From positions 38,456 to 102,455 of the forward strand of contig JBMFOB010000002.1 of assembly GCA_049969855.1 (NCBI GenBank): a DNA stretch of 64,000 nucleotides. The letters are read 5' to 3'. The stretch's first letter is position 1. Every line of letters begins with the position of its first letter. Below are positions 38,269 through 47,232 of the stretch, piece by piece. The notes under the pieces were generated by a model. It saw nothing but the letters and a program-made list of their open reading frames with translations, did not search any database and was not told the DNA's origin. Origin of the DNA: Candidatus Bathyarchaeia archaeon. Its GTDB lineage: Archaea > Thermoproteota > Bathyarchaeia > Bathyarchaeales > Bathycorpusculaceae. Made by a program: the position numbers and the translations under genes.

Positions 38269-41070
38269 TTATTCAAGTTTTAATTGTTTCCTCAAAATTT
38301 CTTCAGCTTTCTTAACAGCCTCTCTTAGCTTTTCGACTTTCGTTCCGCCGCCTTGGGCGAAGTTTGGTTTTCCACCACCTCCGCCGCCTATAATTGCTGA
38401 TGCTTCTTTGACTATGTCGTTTGCGTTTACACCTTTTTCAATGGCTTTTTTACCAGCCATAACCATTATTCTCGCATTTTTCCCATCATTTCCATAAAAT
38501 ACAGCGACTGTTGCCTCGTCTCTTTTTATTATTTCATTTGCAGTTTGAACCATACGGTCAACATCAATTAACCCTTTGAAATCGCGTGTTACGACTTTGA
38601 CGCCGCTTATTTCTTTAGTTTTTTCAGCTGGTTTTGCTCCTAAACCTGCGCTTTCACGTTCTGCCAATTCTTTTATTAGCTTTCTTCTTTCTGCAAGGAG
38701 TTCTTTGTATTCTTTTACGAGTTTTTCGGCTGTTTTGTCCAGTTTTTCCATTGGAGCGTTCAAAATTTCCGACAGTTTCCATAGCAGCCTTTCCTTTTCC
38801 TGCACTGTTTTTAAGGCTGGAATTCCAACCGAATAGGCAAGTCTTTCAACGCCGTCTTGAATTCTTTCTGTGTGAATTATTTTTATGAAGCCAATCTCGC
38901 CTGTACTTTTCAAATGGGTTCCAGCACACGCTTCAATGTCCCAGTCTCCAGTTTTTACCACACGAATTTCTTTTCCTGGAACCGCACCGCCTTGGTATAG
39001 TCTAAAGCCGTATCGGTTTTCTGCTTCGTTTCTTGGCATCCAAACGGTTTCCACCGGCATATTTTTTAGAATCGCTTGGTTTGCCAAAGTTTCTATTTTG
39101 TGGGTTTCTTCTGGTGTTAATCGGCGGTAATGGGATATGTCCAGTCTCGAAGTTTCAGTGCCTTTTTGTGTTCCAAACTGCCAAACATGCTGTCCCAAAA
39201 CTTGTCTTGCAGCGCCGTTTATTAGGTGTGTTGCCGTATGGGCTTTCATTAGAGCGTATCGTTTTTCCCAGTCAATAGCGCCTTTAACGATGCTGCCCTC
39301 TTTTGGAATGGCTTCGCCCTTAATTTTGTGGATTATTACTTTTCCAACTTTTTTTACGTCAATAACCTCGACCTTTTTTCCGTTGAATGATAGGTAGCCC
39401 GTGTCTGCTGGTTGTCCTCCACCTTCTGGGTAAAAGCATGTCTCATCAAGAACCACATACTCGTTGTCTATTACTTTTAGGACTGTTGCTTCGAACTCTT
39501 TCATGTACTGGTCTTGATAATACAATGGTGTTGTTTGGGGCAGTTCCGAAACTTCTTTTTCAAGCCACTCTTCAGGCTTAACTTCTTCTTCGGTTGGTTT
39601 TGTCAGTTGCATGTGTCTTTCCGCTATTAAGGCGTAGAAGTTTTCTGGAATGTTCACTTTTAATCCCTCTTCTTCTGCAAATTGCTTGACAATTTCTGGT
39701 GGAAGCCCATGAGAATCATAAAGTTCCGTTAAGGTTTCCACAGGAATTTCATGCGCCTTTTTTGTTTTTAATTCGCTGGATATTCGCTTAACCAGCCCTG
39801 CGCCCCTCTTGATTGTTTCCTCGAATTTTTCTTTTTCAACTGAAAGCATTTCCATTATTTCGTCTCGCATTTCCCCAAGGTGAGGATAATCCTTAGACCA
39901 GAAGTTAATCTGCATGTCCATAATGTCTGGCAGTTTTTCGGGAGCACCCAGCATTTTTAGCAGTCGGTAGATTCTGCGGAAAAGCAGTCTTGCCAAATAT
40001 CCCTCTTGAATATTTGATGGAACCACACCTTCTGAGAGTATGAAACTTAAGCATTTTGTGTGGTCAGCCACAGCGAAAGCATTTTCTATAGGCGTAAGAA
40101 AAGCATCTAATTCCTCAACTTTTGCTCCAACAAGTTCTGCCACTTTCCTCCTAACTTCCCACATGCTCGCTGTTTTATCCAAACTAATCAAACCAGAAAC
40201 TCTTGCCACTTTTGCTAACAAATCCTTGTCGATTCTGGTTATTCCAACGGTTTCAAAAATTTTGTCAAGCAATTCTCCATAAACAGCGTGAAAACCGCTT
40301 GGCGCACCTTGAGAAACCCATGTGAAACGGTCAATGCCATAGCCAGTATCAACAGTTCTTATGGGCAACTTGACAAACTCGTTGTTAACAACCTTGTACT
40401 GCATAAAAACAAGAGTGCCAAGCTCCAATCCTCGAACAATAGTTTCTAAACATGGACCAGCATTTCCGCCGCCAGACCAAACCTCTTCCTTATAAACAAC
40501 CTCTTCAGATTTAACTCCCAATTCCTTCGTAACAAAATCGTGGTGATACCTTACCGTTTGGTCTTTCCAATAAACCTCCTTTTCTGGATAATTAAATGCG
40601 TGATGCCCCCCCATCTCAAAAATTGTTTCGTACTTCCCAAAAGTTGGACCAGTGTTGGCAATGTCCACCAAGCGAATGCAAGGCTGAGCAATCACAAGTG
40701 GGTTTGCTGGTGGAGGAGCTATTCCCTCAGTTACGTATGGCTGAAAATCGATGATGCTTGCGTGTGTTAGGTAAATGTCTTCTCTCCATCGGGCTACAAC
40801 TGGATAAGGCTTTATACGTGTATGCCCATGCTTCTCAAAAAACGATAGGAAAGCCTCTCGCATCTCACGGAAAGTGTAGCTTCTCTTTGTCGGCGGATCA
40901 CCTATAAAAGTGTAAAAAGCGCAACCTTCCTTTCTTGCTTCTCCACAAGTTTCTCTTTCTGGATTTTGCGTCCAAAAATAATCTCCACATTTTGGACAAA
41001 GCTTCCTAACATAACCCATTTCCTTAAAGAAAGGAAGGCTGTATTCTTCCATGGGAAACTTTTTCTCCAA
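38269..41070 (-). CDS. alaS: Alanyl-tRNA synthetase (archaeal type)
   Basis: PPANPL, QPCIR, DTGYG, HTATH editing motif, CAGTH, GGGGGK..AQGG. Confidence 0.97.
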   Translation of the reverse strand: MEKKFPMEEYSLPFFKEMGYVRKLCPKCGDYFWTQNPERETCGEARKEGCAFYTFIGDPPTKRSYTFREMREAFLSFFEKHGHTRIKPYPVVARWREDIYLTHASIIDFQPYVTEGIAPPPANPLVIAQPCIRLVDIANTGPTFGKYETIFEMGGHHAFNYPEKEVYWKDQTVRYHHDFVTKELGVKSEEVVYKEEVWSGGGNAGPCLETIVRGLELGTLVFMQYKVVNNEFVKLPIRTVDTGYGIDRFTWVSQGAPSGFHAVYGELLDKIFETVGITRIDKDLLAKVARVSGLISLDKTASMWEVRRKVAELVGAKVEELDAFLTPIENAFAVADHTKCLSFILSEGVVPSNIQEGYLARLLFRRIYRLLKMLGAPEKLPDIMDMQINFWSKDYPHLGEMRDEIMEMLSVEKEKFEETIKRGAGLVKRISSELKTKKAHEIPVETLTELYDSHGLPPEIVKQFAEEEGLKVNIPENFYALIAERHMQLTKPTEEEVKPEEWLEKEVSELPQTTPLYYQDQYMKEFEATVLKVIDNEYVVLDETCFYPEGGGQPADTGYLSFNGKKVEVIDVKKVGKVIIHKIKGEAIPKEGSIVKGAIDWEKRYALMKAHTATHLINGAARQVLGQHVWQFGTQKGTETSRLDISHYRRLTPEETHKIETLANQAILKNMPVETVWMPRNEAENRYGFRLYQGGAVPGKEIRVVKTGDWDIEACAGTHLKSTGEIGFIKIIHTERIQDGVERLAYSVGIPALKTVQEKERLLWKLSEILNAPMEKLDKTAEKLVKEYKELLAERRKLIKELAERESAGLGAKPAEKTKEISGVKVVTRDFKGLIDVDRMVQTANEIIKRDEATVAVFYGNDGKNARIMVMAGKKAIEKGVNANDIVKEASAIIGGGGGGKPNFAQGGGTKVEKLREAVKKAEEILRKQLKLE

Positions 41071-41147
41071 AGCTCAAGACGCTCCAATAAACTCTTTAAT
41101 TTCAAGTTCCAATGGATTAAAGAGCTTCACAAATTTAAACTATTTCA

Positions 41148-41456
41148 CTACCCAAGTTTGAAGCCGAGCAGAAAGCCTACGACAAAGCTTCCCATGAACG
41201 GCAATATGGATATTAAGCCAATAAACCATGAAAGCGCTTGTCCAGCTGAACCAAAAATACCTTCAAGTTTTTCCCATAATGCGCCATAGTTTATGCTTAT
41301 TATTCCCTTTGTGCTCAAATAGATAAGTGCGATTATGAACAAGCCTATTACTATGGCTATTAACTTGCTTAGCTTCTTCACGGCAAATCCGACTATGAAA
41401 CCGCCTATGCCGCCTAACCCCAATTGGTATGCAAGCGGCGAAACAATTTCGCTCAT
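41148..41456 (-). CDS. FUN14-family membrane protein
   Basis: QLGLGGIGGFIVGFAVKK...GSFVVGFLLGF. Confidence 0.85.
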   Translation of the reverse strand: MSEIVSPLAYQLGLGGIGGFIVGFAVKKLSKLIAIVIGLFIIALIYLSTKGIISINYGALWEKLEGIFGSAGQALSWFIGLISILPFMGSFVVGFLLGFKLG

Positions 41457-41485
41457 AGAGGCATCTCTGTTTTGAAGTGCTATCA

Positions 41486-41500
41486 CAAGTTTGATTTAAA
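41486..41500 (+). repeat. Direct repeat, copy 1 (CAAGTTTGATTTAAA)
   Basis: Identical 15-mer at 42515-42529; both continue ..TATT. Confidence 0.8.
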
Positions 41501-41684
41501 CGTATTGGGTAGGGCAAAGGTTATGGCTATGAATATTCTGCCTTTTTTCCATAACCAATTGTGATTTCTAAAATATCAAAATAAATCTTATCATTGTCAA
41601 TGATTTTTCTTCTAACAGAAACATTAAAGACCGCAAAATTGGTTATGCCATTTAGGTTAAACGTTTTGTGGTCGTGATTCTTCT

Positions 41685-42086
41685 ATGAGTGGAATAAGAA
41701 AACATATGAATATGCTTGATTGGTATTTAAGTAACCCAGAGAAAATCGAAGATGGATTTAAGCCTATTTTCAAAGAATTTGGTGTTGGAAACTGGAAAAG
41801 AGTTGATATTTTGGGCATAGACAAAGACAAAAGGCTATGCATTGTTGAAATTAAAACTGGAAAAGACGATAATTATAAAAAGCAGGTGAAAAAATATCGG
41901 AGTGCCTTAAATAAGCTATTTGAAGCACTAAATCTATATGTCCCTATTAGAATAATTATCATCACACCTAAAGGGCATGTTGATTTAGGTCCTCCTCACA
42001 ATTTTAATCCAAAATTGCAGATTAGAATTCCTGAAAACATACCAACAAGTAGAGAACTTTTTGGCTTAAAAAGAGATAAAATTTAG
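41685..42086 (+). CDS. NucS-C-like PD-(D/E)xK nuclease domain protein
   Basis: KEF....RVDILGID....IVEIK....QVKKY; AT-rich. Confidence 0.75.
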   Translation: MSGIRKHMNMLDWYLSNPEKIEDGFKPIFKEFGVGNWKRVDILGIDKDKRLCIVEIKTGKDDNYKKQVKKYRSALNKLFEALNLYVPIRIIIITPKGHVDLGPPHNFNPKLQIRIPENIPTSRELFGLKRDKI

Positions 42087-42090
42087 CGAA

Positions 42091-42462
42091 TTACAGTATC
42101 ATGAGTTCTAATGGTGTCAATTTTCCGGTTATTGGGTCTACTTTTAAGCCCAGTAACTCCAAAGTTGTCACACCCAAAAGCGTAGGGGTCTTCTCATCTG
42201 CAATGGCTACAACAGAAGTTATGCCTTCGCCATTAATAATTATGTAAGCCTCAGAAATCGGATACTCCACAACATCTCCATTAGCTATCTTAAACTTCCT
42301 CCTACCCATCTCCTTCAACTTCAACCTCTCAGCAACACTTTTCGGAATAACTGTGTAAATCGCACCAGTGTCAACAACAAATTCCAACTCCGCTCTTAAA
42401 CTACGGTCAGATGGATTGGCAACCGTTCCTCGAACCCGCACATATCCCACAACAACCACCAA
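42091..42462 (-). CDS. Clan AA (retropepsin-like) aspartic protease
   Basis: VDTGA, LLGVTTLELLGLKVDP. Confidence 0.88.
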   Translation of the reverse strand: MVVVVGYVRVRGTVANPSDRSLRAELEFVVDTGAIYTVIPKSVAERLKLKEMGRRKFKIANGDVVEYPISEAYIIINGEGITSVVAIADEKTPTLLGVTTLELLGLKVDPITGKLTPLELMIL

Positions 42463-42514
42463 ACAACATAATACTCAAATCACAATAAAAACCTTAACCA
42501 TAACATGTCCAGCG

Positions 42515-42529
42515 CAAGTTTGATTTAAA
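42515..42529 (+). repeat. Direct repeat, copy 2
   Basis: Identical to 41486-41500. Confidence 0.8.
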
Positions 42530-42578
42530 TATATTATGTTAATAAATAAAAAGCGTTTACAAGTGGAGGTGAAAAGTC

Positions 42579-42839
42579 ACGGATGACCTCATACTATACA
42601 TATACTTGTTAAATCTTTTACTCACTCTCGGCATGTTTGCCGTCTTAATTTTTAGGGCTTGGATTGAACAGAAACATTATCGTATGATGTGGCAAGAATT
42701 AGAATGGAGGCGAACATACCAAACTATGGGAAGATTACTAAAAGCAGAAAAAGACTTGTTCTCAAGGGTTGAGGGCGGCGATGAACTTTATCAAATGCTG
42801 TGCGAAATCTTCAAAGTAAACGAGGACAGAAAGGACTAG
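42579..42839 (+). CDS. Small single-TM protein; start is ACG 42579 or TTG 42606
   Basis: Perfect GGAGGTGA SD 6 nt before an in-frame ACG; hydrophobic N-terminus. Confidence 0.6.
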   Translation, partial: TDDLILYIYLLNLLLTLGMFAVLIFRAWIEQKHYRMMWQELEWRRTYQTMGRLLKAEKDLFSRVEGGDELYQMLCEIFKVNEDRKD

Positions 42840-44176
42840 GGAAAATGCCAACCATCAATCAGCTTCACAATTGTTTTACCACGTTTTTCCATTCCATAAC
42901 GCCTAAAAGGCTTGGTTAAGTGTCTCTGAGACCTAGTTGATGTTATGTAAAGCCCTCTTTTTACTTCCCGTCTCATTTTAACCTCAACTTTTCCAATGTT
43001 GGCGTATCTTGAACCGCATTTTTCGCATCTGAAGCCCTTATCCTTTCCCATGGACTTCAATCTTTTACCACATTTAACGCAAACTGGATTTTGATGAACA
43101 ATCTTTGGCGCCAACTTCAGCAAACGAATCTTTTCAAGGTTTATAGTTAAAGGGTTCTTCTTTGAAGGCGCCCGCACGCCGCCGTAAACTTCAATGTAAT
43201 CCCCAACCAACAATTTCATTGCAACATGGCGAAGACCACCTGTGGGCTCATAGGCAGCGCAATCAACCTGAGCACTTTCATCTTTAATGGAGAAAATCAC
43301 GTGTCTTCTAGGAATTATCTTTGGATTCGTTGCCACAGTTCCCTTGGCTACAACTGGATGATAAGGCTTAATCTCGTTCAATTTTTCAACCCTTTTCAGA
43401 TGCGCATCTGTTCCCTGATTCGTGCGGAAAATAACCCACCGCTCCACAGGCTCCAAAGGCTTAACCATAGCGAAAGCCTTCTTCACAATTTCTGCAGTTT
43501 CCCCTCTAATCCCGAAAAGGATGGGGTCTGGTCCTCTTGGCGTAATGATTACCCTGCGCTTTTCTTGGTCAACGTTATTGAATGTGTATGGCGCAGTAGC
43601 CTTATCCATTTCAAAAATTGAAGCGGAATCCGCCTTTCTTTTTGACCCGTAATTTTCTGGAACACGATACGCAAGTATCTCATAAGTATAATCGCCAGGA
43701 AGAGTTTCGCCAACCGCTGCTAAACCGCCAATTATACCTCTACCCTTTTTGAAGCCAACCGCCTCAGCCCCAAACTTTTTTAGAAGTTTCAGCGCCTCTT
43801 TTAGACTTACAATTCCAGTAATAGTGTTCTTGGCAAAAATTTTGACCTCTTTTGGGATTCGGCTTCCTTTAAAGAAGACTATGCCTGGGTCTGTGCCTTT
43901 GAATTCTAAATCTGCATTTTCCTCAACAGTGCTTATAGCTATTTCCTTGATTTTTTCTTCAACATTTTCGTCATATTGTATTCTTATGCATAGGGCTCCG
44001 TTTCCCCTTGTTTTCCACGGCACATTTGGATTCAGCCTAATCAAGTTTGGATAATCAATAAAGTTAACATTCAATTTTTGTAGCCTTTCCACTAGGAGAG
44101 CGGCAATATAAGTGGTGCATCCTCTTCTTGTGGAATCTGTATCATCAAACCCTATGTGCATTATTTGCTTATTCAT
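42836..44176 (-). CDS. tiaS: tRNA(Ile2) agmatinylcytidine synthetase
   Basis: GFDDTDS..GCTT, KTRGNG, P.GPDPILFGIRG, TNQGTDAH, C-terminal zinc ribbon, HLTKP. Confidence 0.95.
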   Translation of the reverse strand: MNKQIMHIGFDDTDSTRRGCTTYIAALLVERLQKLNVNFIDYPNLIRLNPNVPWKTRGNGALCIRIQYDENVEEKIKEIAISTVEENADLEFKGTDPGIVFFKGSRIPKEVKIFAKNTITGIVSLKEALKLLKKFGAEAVGFKKGRGIIGGLAAVGETLPGDYTYEILAYRVPENYGSKRKADSASIFEMDKATAPYTFNNVDQEKRRVIITPRGPDPILFGIRGETAEIVKKAFAMVKPLEPVERWVIFRTNQGTDAHLKRVEKLNEIKPYHPVVAKGTVATNPKIIPRRHVIFSIKDESAQVDCAAYEPTGGLRHVAMKLLVGDYIEVYGGVRAPSKKNPLTINLEKIRLLKLAPKIVHQNPVCVKCGKRLKSMGKDKGFRCEKCGSRYANIGKVEVKMRREVKRGLYITSTRSQRHLTKPFRRYGMEKRGKTIVKLIDGWHFP

Positions 44177-44260
44177 TTATGGTGTCCCATTGTTAGCGGA
44201 TTGTAAATTATTAAATGGATTTTAAAGAAGTTTGTGTGAATAAAAAAGAGGAAGTTTTTG

Positions 44261-44500
44261 TTATTTCGACTCTTCCACAACTATCATTGTTAAAGTTGAC
44301 CTAACCTTGTCAAGTCTTCTTATTCGCCAAGTTACGATTTCCTTAAGCTTATCCATAGTGTCTGCTTTAACCCTTGCAACAATGTCGTATACTCCGTAAA
44401 CAGCGCACACGTCATCTACTCCCTCGACTTTCTTCAGTTCTTTCAGCACATCGCTTTCTGAGCCTATCTCAGTGTTTATCAACACAAATGCTGTTGGCAT
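44261..44500 (-). CDS. Stand-alone Lrp/AsnC ligand-binding (RAM) domain protein
   Basis: AFVLIN...VYGVYDIVA...IRRLDKVRSTLT. Confidence 0.9.
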   Translation of the reverse strand: MPTAFVLINTEIGSESDVLKELKKVEGVDDVCAVYGVYDIVARVKADTMDKLKEIVTWRIRRLDKVRSTLTMIVVEESK

Positions 44501-44687
44501 GAAATTCTCCTCACTTAATGTTTTGTCTTTATGCATTAAAATATTTTACTACAAAACAACTGGAAGGTTGCAACTTTCCACGTTTTCACTCCATCGGTTT
44601 CCAAGTTTTGCTCACTATAAGTTCATATTGTTCCTCAATATTTTAATTTCATAATTGTTATCGGTTTCGCCGTTTGAAGCATCCTTT

Positions 44688-45152
44688 ATGGCTTCGACTC
44701 AGAACTCACTAACTCATCTGATTCTTATTACAGCTTTATTCATAATTCTTATTCAATCAGTAAAGGCGACCTCAACAAGTTTCACTGTGCACAGTGGCGA
44801 GGAAATAACCAAAGTTTTAAGGCTTACAATCGAGGACCATGTTTTCATAAAGTTCACCGTTGTCGGGGTTTCCGAAAACACTATACATTTCTATATGACA
44901 TATCCAAATAAAACCACGAAGGATTTTGATAGCATAGGCGATTTTCGTTACACTTTTGTGTGTGATGCTGAGGGCGATTATATTCTGCACTTCTCTAACA
45001 CTGGTTCTTCTGTGGAAAAACTTGTAACTTTAGATTATGAAGTTGAACATTACATTTTTGGTGTCCCTCAAATGCTTTTCCTCACAGTAATTATTGCAAT
45101 AATCTGCGTAATCGCAGTGGCAGCCTTCATTCTTCTAAGCAAAACGCATTAA
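44688..45152 (+). CDS. emp24/p24 GOLD-like type I membrane protein
   Basis: Signal peptide, beta-rich domain with GDYILHFSN..S..KLVTLDY, C-terminal TM helix, short tail. Confidence 0.65.
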   Translation: MASTQNSLTHLILITALFIILIQSVKATSTSFTVHSGEEITKVLRLTIEDHVFIKFTVVGVSENTIHFYMTYPNKTTKDFDSIGDFRYTFVCDAEGDYILHFSNTGSSVEKLVTLDYEVEHYIFGVPQMLFLTVIIAIICVIAVAAFILLSKTH

Positions 45153-45261
45153 CCACGCATCCATCAAATTCTAATTTTAACTCCATATGTGAAATCTTGT
45201 TTCAAAAAATGTAAATCATTTATATTAATCCACAATTAATATCAATCCGCAGTGAAAATAC

Positions 45262-46179
45262 ATGCTTGTAACAAATAAGGACTTATTATTACCAGCTAAG
45301 CGTGGGGCTTATGCAGTAGGCGCCTTTAACATTCAAAATCTTGAAAGCCTTTCAGCCGTTGTTGAAGCAGCTGTTGAGGAAAAGTCTCCAGTAATAGTTG
45401 CTGTTACGCCAAGCGCCATAAAATATGGCGGTTTAGCCTACCTATCAGAAATCGCCAAGACAGCAGCCAAATCCGTTTCCATTCCCATGTCCCTCCACCT
45501 CGACCATGGAGAAGATTTTGAAACTGTTTCAAAATGTGTGGAGGCTGGTTTTACTTCTGTTATGATTGATGGCTCCTTCCTAAAGTTTGAAGATAACATT
45601 GCCATTACAAGGCGTGTTGTTGATTTTGCCCATTCTAAGGGTGTTTCTGTTGAAGCTGAGCTTGGAAGGCTAGCTGGTGTTGAAGAGAAAACGGTTGAAG
45701 AGAAGGAAACTGTTTTAACAGATCCCGATGCGGCTAGGGATTTTGTTAAGCGGACAGGTGTTGACGCTCTTGCGGTAGCTATAGGAACATCGCATGGAGC
45801 TTACAAGTTTAAAGGGGAACCAAAGCTAGACTTTGAAAGGCTAAAGAGCATAAGTGAAAAGGTTGATGTGCCACTTGTCTTGCATGGTGCCTCAAGTGTT
45901 CCGCAATGGATTATTGAGAAAGCCCAAAAGTACGGCGCTGAGCTTGCAGGCGCAAGGGGCATACCTGAAGAACATATTAAAAAGGCGATATCGCTTGGCA
46001 TTACGAAGATAAACATTGATACAGACTTGCGGCTTGCATTCACAGCAACTGTACGCGAGGTTTTGGCAAAATCACCAAAAGAGTTTGACCCCAGAAAAAT
46101 TTTGGGTCCAGCAAAAGAAGTCATGAAAGAAGTTGTTAAGGGTAAAATGCGGTTGTTTGGAAGTTCTGGTAGAGCCTAG
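45262..46179 (+). CDS. fba: Fructose-bisphosphate aldolase class II
   Basis: AVGAFN, HLDHG, SVMIDGS, AIGTSHG, LVLHGAS, KINIDTD. Confidence 0.95.
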   Translation: MLVTNKDLLLPAKRGAYAVGAFNIQNLESLSAVVEAAVEEKSPVIVAVTPSAIKYGGLAYLSEIAKTAAKSVSIPMSLHLDHGEDFETVSKCVEAGFTSVMIDGSFLKFEDNIAITRRVVDFAHSKGVSVEAELGRLAGVEEKTVEEKETVLTDPDAARDFVKRTGVDALAVAIGTSHGAYKFKGEPKLDFERLKSISEKVDVPLVLHGASSVPQWIIEKAQKYGAELAGARGIPEEHIKKAISLGITKINIDTDLRLAFTATVREVLAKSPKEFDPRKILGPAKEVMKEVVKGKMRLFGSSGRA

Positions 46180-46194
46180 TTTGAGGCGAAACAA

Positions 46195-47223
46195 ATGAAG
46201 GTTGGAATCCTAAGCGGTGGCGGAGACGCTCCGGGAATAAATGCTGTCATTCGAGCAGTGGTAAGAAAGGGGATTCAACATTATGGTTATGAGGTTGTAG
46301 GCATAAAAGACGGATGGCGTGGGCTTCTTGAAGGCGAATTTTTGCCTCTGGACTTAAAATCTGTTTCTGGGATTCTTCCACGAGGTGGCTCAATTTTAGG
46401 CACTTCTAGGACAAACCCGTTTAAACATGAGAAGGGACCTGAAAAAATATTGGAGAACGCTAGAAAGGCTGGGATAGACGCTGTTATTGTCATCGGCGGC
46501 GACGACACGTTAAGTGTAGCCCAAAAAATGGGTGAGTTTGGATTAAAATGTGTTGGCGTTCCAAAAACAATAGACAACGACTTAAGCGGCACCGATTACA
46601 CTTTTGGCTTTAACACTGCAGTATCCATAGCAACAGAAGCCCTTGACAGACTTCACACAACAGCCGAAACCCATCGCAGGGTCATGATTCTTGAAGTTAT
46701 GGGAAGATACACGGGCTGGATAGCCTTAGAGGCTGGAATTGCAGGAGGCGCAGACGTCATACTAATACCTGAAAAACCCTTTGATGTGGAAGAAGTTTGC
46801 GAATACATCAAACGCAGACACGAAAGGGGACGAAACTTTAGCATAATTGTTGTTGCTGAAGGCGCCAAACCAAAGGGTGGAAAAGAAATTGTTTACAGTG
46901 AGACCATCGACGAGTTTGGGCATATACGCCTCGGAGGAATAGGCTATTACCTTGGAAAAGAAATTGAAAAGTGTCTAAACATTGAAACTCGTGTGGTGGT
47001 TTTGGGGCATATTCAACGGGGTGGTTCGCCGACAGCCTTTGACAGGATTTTAGCCACACGTTTTGGAATAGCGGCAGTGGACTTTGTTAATGAAAAAAAG
47101 TTTGGGCATATGGTTGCCCTTAAAGGAAACAAGATTGTTTCCGTTCCCTTGAAGGATGTTGTTGGAAAAAGGAAAACGGTTGATTTGGGGCTTTATGAAA
47201 TAGCAAAAGTTTTCTTCGGCTAA
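46195..47223 (+). CDS. pfkA: PfkA-family phosphofructokinase with PPi-type signature
   Basis: GGDAPG, GGDD, PKTIDND, MGR. Confidence 0.9.
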   Translation: MKVGILSGGGDAPGINAVIRAVVRKGIQHYGYEVVGIKDGWRGLLEGEFLPLDLKSVSGILPRGGSILGTSRTNPFKHEKGPEKILENARKAGIDAVIVIGGDDTLSVAQKMGEFGLKCVGVPKTIDNDLSGTDYTFGFNTAVSIATEALDRLHTTAETHRRVMILEVMGRYTGWIALEAGIAGGADVILIPEKPFDVEEVCEYIKRRHERGRNFSIIVVAEGAKPKGGKEIVYSETIDEFGHIRLGGIGYYLGKEIEKCLNIETRVVVLGHIQRGGSPTAFDRILATRFGIAAVDFVNEKKFGHMVALKGNKIVSVPLKDVVGKRKTVDLGLYEIAKVFFG

Positions 47224-47232
47224 AAGGTGCAA

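Noticed and set aside
42517-42544. dif-like site with a TTATGTTAA arm
   Set aside because: Spacer is 5 bp rather than 6 and the left arm is poor; likely chance in AT-rich promoter DNA
44555-44610. Repeated TTCCA..GTTTT motifs as possible ORB elements
   Set aside because: Too degenerate, no G-string, and not next to cdc6
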